A DNA stretch of 40,883 nt, taken from the IMG/VR virus record IMGVR_UViG_2923334124_000004; one strand, 5' to 3'. The position numbers and the translations under genes are program-made. The DNA is from a virus. Taxonomy: Duplodnaviria > Heunggongvirae > Uroviricota > Caudoviricetes. Positions 27,839-37,114 of this stretch are shown in pieces; the stretch's first letter is position 1; every line of letters starts with the position of its first letter. A model generated the notes under the pieces. It was not told the DNA's origin. It ran no database searches and saw only the letters and a list, made by a program, of their open reading frames with translations.

Positions 27839-27920
27839 TGCCCTCGATACTGACGATCTGGAGATGTGGCTGGAGCAGGCTGAAGAGCAAATCAAAAGCG
27901 AGTACGGCGACAAATCATAG
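27663..27920 (+). CDS. frameshift extension of the tail assembly chaperone (E'-like)
   Basis: An ORF in the +1 frame relative to 27503-27838 stays open through the chaperone stop and ends 75 bp before the tape measure; the real product would be a fusion and the shift site is undetermined. Confidence 0.4.
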   Translation: MPAVLVFSRRISTIWIWLITCSYRNDFSSSRGWVRATRALTQAQGLLARWFRFQPGEIDALDTDDLEMWLEQAEEQIKSEYGDKS

Positions 27921-27995
27921 TACAGACAGCCGCCAGTAGCGGCTGTTCTGCGTTATCCCCTCACGTCTTTTCACCTTCCCCGGAGGTTAACCACT

Positions 27996-30947
27996 ATGTC
28001 GGGACAGTTTTCAGTCGGCGTTGTTATCGGCGGGATGATTGGCAGCACATTCCGTTCTGCAATGAGCGGTACCCGCCGTGCGCTTGATTCCCTGAGCGAT
28101 ACCTCACGCCGCCTGCAGGAACGTCAGAACGCTTTAACCCGTGCAACAGAACGTTATGGTCAACTGGGTTCTTCCCGGATGCAGCATCTCAACAGCGAGC
28201 TGCTGCGGGTAAGCCGCACCATGGAGCAAATTGAGCGCCAGCAGCGCCGTCTGTCAGCGGCATCCGCTACCAGTGATGCGCTGAAAGCTAACCGCATGGC
28301 GCTGTATGGTCAGGGGATTGAAGCGTATGGCATGGCACAGACTGTTTATCATACGGTTTCCCCTGCCGTTCAGCAGTCCATGTCTTTTCAGGACAAAATG
28401 ATTGATATGTCGATCACCGCAAAATATGACAATAAAACGCGGGATGCACTTGCCGGACAGATAAAAGGCTGGGCGCTTAAATACAATCAGTATCAGGATG
28501 AGCTGCAGGAGGCGATGGGTTCACTCATCAGCGACAATATTGATAATGTGTCAGATATCGGTTTTCTGATGCCGGATATTGCCCGCGCGGCAACGGCAAC
28601 ACGCACGTCTGCTCAGGACTGGGCAAAAGTGGCCGCAGTCTGGCAAAACTCCCTGAAAGGCGCGGCCAGAGATTTTGGTGCCGTTCAGAATATTATGGCT
28701 TATGCCGGTGACCAGGGGTCATTTGAAATCCCGGATCAGGTCAAGTGGATGCAGTCCCTGGCCCCAATGATGGCGGGTATTGCCAGTGGAAAAGAGGCTG
28801 TTGCTGAAATCGGGGCCAGTCTCCAGATAGCAAAAATCGGTGCAGGTTCCACCGACGAAGCAGCCAATAATTTTAAAAACTTTCTTACCAAAATTTTTGC
28901 CCGCGATACTCAGAAACAGTTTGCTGATCTGGGTATTGATTTGCAGGGATCTATTGCGAGTTATAAAGCTGCGGGGATCTCTCCGATTGAAGGGATGTTG
29001 AGTGTTATAGAACGTTACCTCAATGCCAAAAGCCCCGAAGCGCTGGCCGGCTTCAAATCAGCCATGAAAATAAAGAATGATACGGCAAGAGATGAGGCAC
29101 TTCAGGCTCTGGCGAAAAACTTTGGTCTGGGCGATATGTTCGCGGATATGCAGGTCATGGCATTTATCCGCCCGATGCTGGCCAACATGGACAGATATCG
29201 AGAGATCCGTGCCGGTGCTCTCAGGGCTGCGGATAACGATTTGCTTGCCAGTGCTTATGATCAGCGGCTGAAATCTCCCCTTGAAGCCACTAAAACACTT
29301 ATGGTCAGCAGTCGCGATCTGGCAATTACGCTGGGCGATCAATTAGCTCCATCTTTTATTTCTCTGACTCAGGACTTGCTCCCACTCATTCAGGGGACAA
29401 AACACTGGGTGGCGACTCACCCGCAATTTGTCAGTGGGGCTTTTAAGCTCATCAGTGCGCTCCTTGCGATTAAGATAGCGACTGTTGGTCTCAAACTGGG
29501 GCTGAATCTCCTTATTTCCCCCTTTGTGAACGTCTGGAAAACTGCTGTTTTACTCCGGACCAACTGGCATCGACTGACTACCGCACTCGGAGAAGGTGGC
29601 AAATTACGCTGGCTTGTCACTGGATTCAGCCGACTGACCAGCGGAGGACTGAAACTCAGCAAAGTTCTGGCGGGCAGCCTCGTTCGCGGTTTTATGAGCG
29701 CTGCACGTGCCGTTCTCTGGATTGGGCGAGCGCTGATGATGAATCCCATCGGTCTCGTTATCACCGCTGTCGCGGCAGCAGCTTACCTTATCTACCGCAA
29801 CTGGGGGGCAGTCAGTGGCTGGTTTAAACAGCGCTGGGCTGACATTCAGGAAGCCTTTAACGGCGGTATCGCGGGAACTGGTAAGCTGCTGATTAACTGG
29901 TCGCCGGCAGGCCTGCTCTATAAAGCCTTTGCGGCTGCGCTGAAATATTTCGGCGTTACTCTGCCGGCAAAGTTCACCGACTTCGGTGGCCATCTTATCG
30001 ACGGTTTGATTAACGGTATCAAAAACAAATGGGGGTCGCTCAAATCCAGTGTAACCGGAATGGGTGACAGCATCAGTAGCTGGTTTAAACAATGCTGGGC
30101 TGACATTCAGGAAGCCTTTAACGGCGGTATCGCGGGAACTGGTAAGCTGCTGATTAACTGGTCGCCGGCAGGTCTGCTCTATAAAGCCTTTGCAGCTGCG
30201 CTGAAATATCTTGGTGTTGATCTGCCGGCAAAGTTTACCGACTTCGGTGGCCATCTTGTCGATGGTCTGATTAACGGTATCAAAAACAAATGGGAGTCGC
30301 TCAAATCCAGTGTAACCGGAATGGGCGACAGCATCAGTGGCTGGTTCAGCGAAAAGCTGGGCATTCATTCGCCGAGCCGCGTGTTTATGGGCTTTGGTGA
30401 CAATATCGCGCAGGGGGCCGCCATTGGCCTGCAGCGGACCACTCCGCTTGCAGCTCTGGCCGGGCAGCGAATGGCCAGTGAACTGCTCCCCAGAATGCCC
30501 GTGAGCATTCAGGGGCCAGAAATACGGGATAACACTTCAGGTGTTCGCTTCAGTATGCCGTTGCCCGATATCAATGGGTTTATGTCGTCTGCTAAAAATG
30601 CGATCGGAGCCGTAATCAATAGTTTGTCTTCCATGCCCGCTATTCCGCTCTCCACCCGGGCATCGATTTTACCAGGGCAACGTCTGGCAAATGAGATGAC
30701 ACCGGATGTTCCCCGTATCCCCTCGCCTGAAATCCTGGCTGCCGGATATTCAGGCCGTGGTGCAGCTGCAACCGGCGGTGGAACGTCTGGTGGTATCCAG
30801 GTCAGCTTTAATCCTCAGTTTTTCCTCAATGGCAGGGAAACCACAGCGCCTGCAGGACTGACTGGTGCCCTGAATATGAGTCTGCATGAGCTGGAAAAAA
30901 TGCTGGAGCGTCTGCTGGCTCAGAAACAACGTAAGGAGTACCGCTGA
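27996..30947 (+). CDS. tail tape measure protein
   Basis: 983 aa; long helical protein with hydrophobic segments; follows the chaperone pair; contains an internal 261-bp tandem duplication. Confidence 0.85.
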   Translation: MSGQFSVGVVIGGMIGSTFRSAMSGTRRALDSLSDTSRRLQERQNALTRATERYGQLGSSRMQHLNSELLRVSRTMEQIERQQRRLSAASATSDALKANRMALYGQGIEAYGMAQTVYHTVSPAVQQSMSFQDKMIDMSITAKYDNKTRDALAGQIKGWALKYNQYQDELQEAMGSLISDNIDNVSDIGFLMPDIARAATATRTSAQDWAKVAAVWQNSLKGAARDFGAVQNIMAYAGDQGSFEIPDQVKWMQSLAPMMAGIASGKEAVAEIGASLQIAKIGAGSTDEAANNFKNFLTKIFARDTQKQFADLGIDLQGSIASYKAAGISPIEGMLSVIERYLNAKSPEALAGFKSAMKIKNDTARDEALQALAKNFGLGDMFADMQVMAFIRPMLANMDRYREIRAGALRAADNDLLASAYDQRLKSPLEATKTLMVSSRDLAITLGDQLAPSFISLTQDLLPLIQGTKHWVATHPQFVSGAFKLISALLAIKIATVGLKLGLNLLISPFVNVWKTAVLLRTNWHRLTTALGEGGKLRWLVTGFSRLTSGGLKLSKVLAGSLVRGFMSAARAVLWIGRALMMNPIGLVITAVAAAAYLIYRNWGAVSGWFKQRWADIQEAFNGGIAGTGKLLINWSPAGLLYKAFAAALKYFGVTLPAKFTDFGGHLIDGLINGIKNKWGSLKSSVTGMGDSISSWFKQCWADIQEAFNGGIAGTGKLLINWSPAGLLYKAFAAALKYLGVDLPAKFTDFGGHLVDGLINGIKNKWESLKSSVTGMGDSISGWFSEKLGIHSPSRVFMGFGDNIAQGAAIGLQRTTPLAALAGQRMASELLPRMPVSIQGPEIRDNTSGVRFSMPLPDINGFMSSAKNAIGAVINSLSSMPAIPLSTRASILPGQRLANEMTPDVPRIPSPEILAAGYSGRGAAATGGGTSGGIQVSFNPQFFLNGRETTAPAGLTGALNMSLHELEKMLERLLAQKQRKEYR
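29820..30341 (+). repeat. in-frame tandem duplication, 2 x 261 bp (87 aa each), inside the tape measure gene
   Basis: The units 29820-30080 and 30081-30341 align with about 16 mismatches by manual count (roughly 94% identity); protein repeats WFKQ(R/C)WADIQEAFNGGIAGTGKLLINWSPAGLLYKAF... Confidence 0.85.
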
Positions 30948-31831
30948 TGTTTGCCGTACTGGGTGATATTGAGTTTGAGCTGATTACCTACTGGGACGGC
31001 TTCGAGGCCACGTTCGGCGTCGATTATGCGGAGCATGCCCGCATCGGGGGTAAGCCTGGTCTGCAGTTCGTCGGCGACAGGCTGGACGAAATCCAGATAA
31101 CTCTGGTTTTCCATCAGCATTATTGTGTACCCGATGTGGAGCTGGCGAGACTGCGAACAGCCATGAAAGCCCATCAGGCACTGGCGCTGGTCTTCGGCAA
31201 CGGTGACTATCGCGGCTGGTTCGTGATCACCGATGTGACTGCAACCAGCGAGCAGACTGACAGTACCGGCAACGTGCTGGCTGTCAGTGCCACCGTGTCT
31301 CTCCGGGAATACACCGGTGACCCGAAAAATCCTCTGCAACCACCGGCAATACGCACGAAGCTCCCGGGTGTCGGGGCGGTCTCCGGTGCCATACCTTCAC
31401 CTTCAGGGGTGGCGCAGTTCATCCGCAACGGCGTCAACTATGCGAAACAGGCGCAGTCTGTACTCCAGACCACTATCAGCGCCGTTCGGGTGACACAGAA
31501 AATGAAGGATAACCCCGTTGTCGCACTGACCCGTGTGCCGGGGCTGATGAGCGGACTGGGTAATATCTCCGGGGCTCTGGGGAAAAGTGTTCCGGCGTTT
31601 AACGCACTCTCTGAATCCATGCCCGATGCCATCAGTCTGGCCAGAACAGCCAGCGAAGCAGCCACGTATGTACAGCAGGCACAGTCTGCGCTGAGTGGTG
31701 TGGACAAAAGAAATATTGCAGGTGCTCTGGATACCGTTTCCGGGCAGCTTAACGCCGTCGGCACAGCATTCAACCGCATGTCTCCGGGATTAAGTGCAAT
31801 GGCCGCCAGAATACTGACGAGGAGTGTGTGA
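30947..31831 (+). CDS. tail protein (P2 gpU-like)
   Basis: LVFGNGDYRGWFVITD resembles the conserved core of P2 gpU-type tail proteins; carries a C-terminal extension. Confidence 0.55.
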   Translation: MFAVLGDIEFELITYWDGFEATFGVDYAEHARIGGKPGLQFVGDRLDEIQITLVFHQHYCVPDVELARLRTAMKAHQALALVFGNGDYRGWFVITDVTATSEQTDSTGNVLAVSATVSLREYTGDPKNPLQPPAIRTKLPGVGAVSGAIPSPSGVAQFIRNGVNYAKQAQSVLQTTISAVRVTQKMKDNPVVALTRVPGLMSGLGNISGALGKSVPAFNALSESMPDAISLARTASEAATYVQQAQSALSGVDKRNIAGALDTVSGQLNAVGTAFNRMSPGLSAMAARILTRSV

Positions 31832-32043
31832 TGTTTCTTGAACATGTTACCCGTGACGGAGAGCGCTGGGATTCGCTGGCATGGCAGTACTACGGTGACC
31901 CGCTGGGCTATCCCCGGATTATTGCCGCCAATCCGCACGTGGCCATCACGCCGGTGCTGCCCTCCGGGCTGTTGTTACTGATCCCGGTGATTGAGGCTGA
32001 AGAAGCCCGTACAGAAGAGGATATTGCCCCATGGCTGAGATAA
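31831..32043 (+). CDS. tail protein X (P2 gpX-like)
   Basis: About 70 aa; WQYYGDP...IIAANPHV resembles gpX; start ATG 31831 overlaps the upstream stop. Confidence 0.55.
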   Translation: MFLEHVTRDGERWDSLAWQYYGDPLGYPRIIAANPHVAITPVLPSGLLLLIPVIEAEEARTEEDIAPWLR

Positions 32044-33185
32044 ACAGCACTGCGCAAGTCACATCAGCGTTAACCGGCGTCAGCGATGTGCTGACACCGG
32101 TGTTCACTCTGTGGTATCTGCAGAAAAACATCACCTCTGATATCGCGCCTTATGTCACCCGTGTGACCTGGAGCGATAACATCAAAAATGAGTCCGATAC
32201 CATTGAGGTGGAGCTGGACGACACCGATGGCCGCTGGCTGGATAAATGGTATCCGGGCAAGGGTGACACGCTGACGCTGAAAATGGGCTATCAGGGCGAG
32301 AAGCTGCTGTCCTGCGGTACGTTCTCTATAGACGAGATCGAAGTGAGTTCGCCCGCTTCCGTTGTTTCTATCCGTGGGGTGGCCACCTCGGTTAACAGTG
32401 CCCTGCGGACTAAAACCAGTCGTGGTTTTGAGAACACCACGCTGGCAGCTGTTGCGGGGCGGATTGCCAGAAAGCACCGGCTGAAACTGGTGGGCAGCAT
32501 TGAGTCCATCAGAATCGACCGGGTGACCCAGTATGCTGAAACCGACGTGGGTTTTCTGCGCCGGCTGGCCAGCGAGTATGGTTATGCAGTGAAAGTGGTC
32601 AGTGACCAGCTGATTTTTTCTCATCTGGCCACACTGCGCAGTCAGGAGCCGGTCAGGCAGTTAAAACCGCAGGATGTGGCCCGCTTTTCCCTGCGTGACA
32701 CCATCAACCGGGTCTATAAATCTGCAAAGGTAAAACACCAGAAAAGCAGCAGTAAAAAACTGATCGTCTACGAAGCTGATGGTGGTACCCGTGAAAGCGA
32801 CAAAAAGCTCAAAGGTGGTAAGGTTACCAGCGCTGACTCACTTAAAGTTAACAGCCGCGTCAGCGACCCGGACAGTGCCCGGATTAAAGCGGATTCAGCA
32901 CTGGCCAGACATAACGAATACCAGCAGAACGGCTCCCTGACGCTGACGGGAACACCTCAACTGACAGCAGGCAACAAAATTGAACTGGTGAGTTTTGGGC
33001 AGTTATCCGGGCCATGGCTCATAACCACTGCCCGCCATGCGTTTGACCGTAACAGCGGCTACACCACAGAGCTGGAAGTGGCACGGGGGCCAGTCACAAG
33101 AGGGAAAAAACAAAAAACTCAGAAACTCACGGTTTATCACCCGGATGGCAGTACATCGACGGTGATTAAGGAGAAGAAAAAATGA
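32031..33185 (+). CDS. baseplate hub / late control D-like tail protein
   Basis: 384 aa; position between the X-like and V-like genes matches the gpD (Mu P-like) slot. Confidence 0.65.
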   Translation: MAEINSTAQVTSALTGVSDVLTPVFTLWYLQKNITSDIAPYVTRVTWSDNIKNESDTIEVELDDTDGRWLDKWYPGKGDTLTLKMGYQGEKLLSCGTFSIDEIEVSSPASVVSIRGVATSVNSALRTKTSRGFENTTLAAVAGRIARKHRLKLVGSIESIRIDRVTQYAETDVGFLRRLASEYGYAVKVVSDQLIFSHLATLRSQEPVRQLKPQDVARFSLRDTINRVYKSAKVKHQKSSSKKLIVYEADGGTRESDKKLKGGKVTSADSLKVNSRVSDPDSARIKADSALARHNEYQQNGSLTLTGTPQLTAGNKIELVSFGQLSGPWLITTARHAFDRNSGYTTELEVARGPVTRGKKQKTQKLTVYHPDGSTSTVIKEKKK

Positions 33186-33778
33186 CTGGTGTCACTCGTC
33201 AGGTCGGTACGGTCAGTGCCGTTGATGCCGACAGGGTTCAGGCCCGCGTTCGTCTGCCTGAATGCGATAACCTGCGCACAAACTGGCTTAACGTGCTGCA
33301 GCGCAATACCCAGGATAACAAAGATTACTGGCTCCCTGACGTGGGGGAGCAGGTTGAGGTGCTGCTCGATGCCAACGGCGAGGATGGTGTTATTCTGGGC
33401 GCGGTGTATTCAGACGTCGATAAACCACCGTTCAGTGACAAAAATATCCGGGGAACCCGGTTTGCTGATGGTGCAGAGTACAGCTACAACCGGAAGACGC
33501 ACACTCTGATCATCCGGGGCGGCATTGAGCATATTGTCATTGAGTGTGGTGCTGATGTGGTATTGAAAACACAGAAAGCCACGATTGACGCACCGGAAAC
33601 CGAACTTACCGGAGATCTGCGTGTCAGGGGTAAGCTGATTTACGAAGGAGGCATGGCGGGTTCTGGTGGTGAAGGTGTTACCGCGACCATCCATGGCAAT
33701 ATCGAGATTAAAGGGAATGTCCATGCCACGGGCAGTATGTTGTCTGATGGCGAAAACTCCAGCCACCACTCCCACTGA
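33182..33778 (+). CDS. baseplate assembly protein V (spike)
   Basis: 198 aa; gpV-like N-terminal OB-fold region; position before gpW. Confidence 0.7.
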   Translation: MTGVTRQVGTVSAVDADRVQARVRLPECDNLRTNWLNVLQRNTQDNKDYWLPDVGEQVEVLLDANGEDGVILGAVYSDVDKPPFSDKNIRGTRFADGAEYSYNRKTHTLIIRGGIEHIVIECGADVVLKTQKATIDAPETELTGDLRVRGKLIYEGGMAGSGGEGVTATIHGNIEIKGNVHATGSMLSDGENSSHHSH

Positions 33779-33790
33779 GCTTTTTAAACG

Positions 33791-33801
33791 CCTTTAATAT
33801 C
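33791..33801 (+). promoter_or_regulatory. candidate late-promoter element CCTTTAATATC
   Basis: Exact 11-mer shared with 27440-27450, in the gap upstream of the W-like gene; followed by the hairpin GGGGGC-AATACT-GCCCCC (33815-33832) abutting the ATG. Confidence 0.3.
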
Positions 33802-33832
33802 AGCGTTCCCGCACGGGGGCAATACTGCCCCC

Positions 33833-34180
33833 ATGAAAACAACCTCAGTATTCTGGCAACCAGCCCTGCAGGCTCCCGGCGAAATTGTCCGGGGGCTGGA
33901 TGATATCCGGCAGGCGATTCAAATTATCCTGCGGACTCCCCGCGGCAGCGACCCGCATCGCCCGGAGTTCGGCAGCAATCTGCATCTTTATATCGACTGG
34001 CCTGTAGACCGGGCCATTCCGCATGTGGTGCGCGAATCCGTCGATGCCATCCGGCGCTGGGAGCCCCGCTGCCAGCTTATGTCAGTTAAACCCGCCGTCG
34101 ACGGCGAACATCTTACGCTCCGGGTGAGCTGGAAAGGCTCAGACGGACAGACCCGGACTCAGGAGCTGCTATGGCGCTGA
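33833..34180 (+). CDS. baseplate protein W (GPW/gp25 family)
   Basis: 115 aa; IRQAIQIILRTPRGSDPHRPEFGSNLHLYIDWPVD matches the GPW/gp25 motif. Confidence 0.75.
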   Translation: MKTTSVFWQPALQAPGEIVRGLDDIRQAIQIILRTPRGSDPHRPEFGSNLHLYIDWPVDRAIPHVVRESVDAIRRWEPRCQLMSVKPAVDGEHLTLRVSWKGSDGQTRTQELLWR

Positions 34181-35274
34181 CAGAACCCGATTTTATTGAA
34201 CGCGATGCCGACAAAATCACGGCAGAAATGATTGCGAAGTATGAAGCGGATACCGGCAAAACGCTGTACCCGGCACAGGCAGAACGTCTGCTGATTGATC
34301 TGTGGGCCTATCGCGAAATGCTGGTCAGGGTTGCGGTACAGGAGGCAGCAAAGCAGAATCTGGTCGCCTTTGCCCGTGAGCCGATGATTGATTACCTCGG
34401 TGAACTGGTCGGTGTATACCGTCTTGCCGCGCAGCCTGCCACCACCACGCTCCAGTTCTCCGTAGATGAGGCACTGGCCATTGATGTGCTGATCCCGGCA
34501 GGCACCCGCGTCAGCGCTTCCGACAGCGTTATTTTTGCCACCGATACAGATGTGGTACTGAAGGCCGGATTGCTGCTGGTCAATGTCACGGCCACCTGTA
34601 CCGAACCCGGTACCGCTGGTAACGGCTGGCAACCTGCGCAGGTCAGTCAGTTACTCGATGAGATTGATAACGTTAACCTGCTGGTGAGCAATCTGATGGC
34701 CAGTTCCGGCGGTTCAGAACAGGAAGACGATGACAGGCTCCGGGAGCGTATCAGGCTGGCCCCGGAGTCATTCACCAATGCCGGAAGCCGTGGCGCATAC
34801 CGCTTTCATGCCATGCAGGCCCATCCCAACATTGTCGATGTTGCTGTGCTTTCCCCGGTTCCCGGGACCGTAGATCTGTATCCGCTGCTCAGTACCGGTC
34901 TGCCGGACGGCGGTGTTCTCACGCTGGTAGAGAGTTTCTGCTCTGATGAGAAAGTCAGGCCACTCACTGATACAGTGCGGGCTAAAACACCAGTGAAGGT
35001 GGATTACACCATTGAAGCCAGGATTACGATCTATCGTGATCAGGATGCCAGGTCTGTAAAAGATGCCGCTAACAGCGCCATACAGAACTGGGTGGCATCA
35101 CGTGCCGCCACGCTGGGGCGCGATATTGTCCCCAGCCAGATTATCAGTGCATTGTCCGTTTCCGGGGTGTACCAGGTTGAACTGGTGACACCGGCACTGC
35201 GGGTGGTGGCAGAAAACGAATGGGCAAACTGTACGGCAATCACTCTTAACATGACTGGAGTGTCTGATGACTGA
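34171..35274 (+). CDS. baseplate protein J
   Basis: 367 aa; position and size after gpW; overlaps its neighbours. Confidence 0.75.
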   Translation: MALTEPDFIERDADKITAEMIAKYEADTGKTLYPAQAERLLIDLWAYREMLVRVAVQEAAKQNLVAFAREPMIDYLGELVGVYRLAAQPATTTLQFSVDEALAIDVLIPAGTRVSASDSVIFATDTDVVLKAGLLLVNVTATCTEPGTAGNGWQPAQVSQLLDEIDNVNLLVSNLMASSGGSEQEDDDRLRERIRLAPESFTNAGSRGAYRFHAMQAHPNIVDVAVLSPVPGTVDLYPLLSTGLPDGGVLTLVESFCSDEKVRPLTDTVRAKTPVKVDYTIEARITIYRDQDARSVKDAANSAIQNWVASRAATLGRDIVPSQIISALSVSGVYQVELVTPALRVVAENEWANCTAITLNMTGVSDD

Positions 35275-35845
35275 GCCATTACAACTCCCGCCACCGCTTG
35301 AGGGTGATATCAGTCTCAGGACGCTGGGAAGACTGGCAGGACGGCTGGATAACATCGACCTGAGCGTACTGATGGTCTTTCTCGTCGATATCGTCGACAG
35401 TTCCGCGCTGCCATGGCTGGGCGAGCAGTTCTCACTGTCTGGCGATGGCTGGGAGCTGGCGGAATCGGACGATGTTCGCCGCATGCTTATAAAAGCAGCC
35501 ATCGAACTGCACCGGTATAAAGGGACGCCGTGGTCAATCCGGGAAGTTATCCGCCGTTTTGGCTTTGGTGAAGTGGATCTGATTGAAGGCACAGGTCGTC
35601 TCAGTTACGACGGCAATCGCAGCTATAACGGACTGTTTGTTCATGGAGATGCAGCCGCCTGGGCAGTTTATCGCGTTATTCTGAAACAGCCCATTACTAA
35701 CGATCAGGCCGCGATGCTGCGTCAGACGCTGGCTGCATTTGCACCGGCCCGCTGCCATCTGGCCAGCCTGGAGTATCAGTCTGTGGCCATTCGCTATAAC
35801 AATACCGCCATCCATGATGGCAGTTATAACCACGGGAGCAGTTGA
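35267..35845 (+). CDS. tail protein I (P2 gpI-like)
   Basis: 192 aa; between the J-like and fibre genes. Confidence 0.65.
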   Translation: MTEPLQLPPPLEGDISLRTLGRLAGRLDNIDLSVLMVFLVDIVDSSALPWLGEQFSLSGDGWELAESDDVRRMLIKAAIELHRYKGTPWSIREVIRRFGFGEVDLIEGTGRLSYDGNRSYNGLFVHGDAAAWAVYRVILKQPITNDQAAMLRQTLAAFAPARCHLASLEYQSVAIRYNNTAIHDGSYNHGSS

Positions 35846-37095
35846 TTATGGGAAACCTGAATGAAACAGAAAAGTGGGAAGAAAATATCTATCAACTGGA
35901 GACATCAGATCCGGTTCTGGGTGGTGCAGACGGGATATCAAATCGAGCCCCCCGGCAACTGGCAAACAGGACGAAATGGCTGAAGAAGAAAACGGAGGAA
36001 GCCGCACAGTCACTGGCTGAACACGTACGTTCCCGTAACCACCCGGACGCGACACTGACAGCTAAGGGGTTCACCCAACTGAGCAGTGCCACCAACAGCA
36101 CCTCTGAAACGCTGGCCGCCACACCAAAAGCGGTCAAGGCTGCATACGACCTGGCAGCCGGCAAGGCGCCTGCCAGCCACACTCACCCGTGGAGTCAGAT
36201 AACGGGAGTGCCTGCGGCTTCACTGACGGCAAAAGGCACCGTACAACTGAGCAGCGCCACGGACAGTCAATCAGAAACTGAGGCTGCCACGCCGAAGGCG
36301 GTCAAGGCTGCATACGACCTTGCAGCCGGCAAGGCGCCCGTCAGCCACACTCACCCGTGGAGTCAGATAACGGGAGTGCCTGCTGCCTCGCTGACGGCAA
36401 AAGGCACCGTACAATTGAGCAGTGCCATCAACAGCACGTCTGAAATACTGGCCGCCACACCGAAAGCGGTCAAGGCTGCATACGATCTGGCAAACGGAAA
36501 ACAACCGGCAGATGCCACGCTCACTGCTCTGGCAGGACTTGCCACTGCAGCAGATCGGTTGCCTTATTTTACCGGAGCAGACCGCGCAGAGCTGGCAACC
36601 CTTACAGCTATTGGTCGCGCTATTATCGCTAAGGGCAGTATAAAAGATGTCCTCAATTACCTTGGTTTGGGGGAAGGCTCGGCGCTGCCCGTTGGTGTAC
36701 CTGTTCCGTGGCCCACTGCCACACCGCCAGCAGGCTGGTTAAAGTGCGACGGGCGCGCCTTTACAAAAGAACAATATCCTGTTCTGGCCAGAGTCTACCC
36801 GACCCTCCGTCTTCCCGATTTACGCGGTGAGTTTATCCGTGGATGGGACGACGGGCGAAAAGTGGATACAGGGCGCGATCTGCTTTCACGGCAGGATGGT
36901 ACAAGTTTTTCTCATTACGCAGGTAATTTTGACATTGGGTCTGGTCATTCAATCAATAACTATGACCAAATCGTTGACAACCAACCTGGATTCTCCCGTT
37001 TTTCATTTGCAGGTCCTTCGCGAGGCGATGGGGTTAATTATGTGACCATTCGTCCCCGTAACATTGCGTTTAATTACATCGTAAGGGCGGCATAG
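35842..37095 (+). CDS. tail fibre protein; constant N-terminal part fused to variable C-terminal cassette a
   Basis: 417 aa; three 56-aa fibre repeats; the C-terminal region begins at a Gin-type crossover-like site and is shared with two other cassettes. Confidence 0.8.
   Translation: MIMGNLNETEKWEENIYQLETSDPVLGGADGISNRAPRQLANRTKWLKKKTEEAAQSLAEHVRSRNHPDATLTAKGFTQLSSATNSTSETLAATPKAVKAAYDLAAGKAPASHTHPWSQITGVPAASLTAKGTVQLSSATDSQSETEAATPKAVKAAYDLAAGKAPVSHTHPWSQITGVPAASLTAKGTVQLSSAINSTSEILAATPKAVKAAYDLANGKQPADATLTALAGLATAADRLPYFTGADRAELATLTAIGRAIIAKGSIKDVLNYLGLGEGSALPVGVPVPWPTATPPAGWLKCDGRAFTKEQYPVLARVYPTLRLPDLRGEFIRGWDDGRKVDTGRDLLSRQDGTSFSHYAGNFDIGSGHSINNYDQIVDNQPGFSRFSFAGPSRGDGVNYVTIRPRNIAFNYIVRAA
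36055..36530 (+). repeat. tail-fibre tandem repeats (about 2.8 x 168 bp) within the fibre gene
   Basis: Period of 168 bp confirmed from GGAGTCAGAT at 36191 and 36359; protein repeat TAKG..QLSSA..S.SE..AATPKAVKAAYDLAAGKAP.SHTHPWSQITGVPAASL. Confidence 0.8.
36650..36675 (+). other. Gin/Hin-type crossover-like site 1 (TCCTCAATTACC-TT-GGTTTGGGGGAA), inside the fibre gene
   Basis: 12-2-12 layout whose right half GGTTTGGGGGAA resembles the gix/hix half-site GGTTTTGGATAA as I recall it; marks the start of about 200 bp shared by all three cassettes. Confidence 0.5.
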
Positions 37096-37114
37096 AAACG
37101 TTGGTTTGGGGGAA
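37089..37114 (+). other. Gin/Hin-type crossover-like site 2 (GGCATAGAAACG-TT-GGTTTGGGGGAA), direct orientation
   Basis: Same right half-site and TT core as site 1; overlaps the fibre stop codon; begins the homology of the silent cassette. Confidence 0.5.

Noticed and set aside
36055-36530. Tandem repeats considered as a possible CRISPR-like or other noncoding array (also 29820-30341)
   Set aside because: The repeats are in frame within the fibre and tape measure genes, have no spacers and no unique intervening sequences; they are protein repeats.
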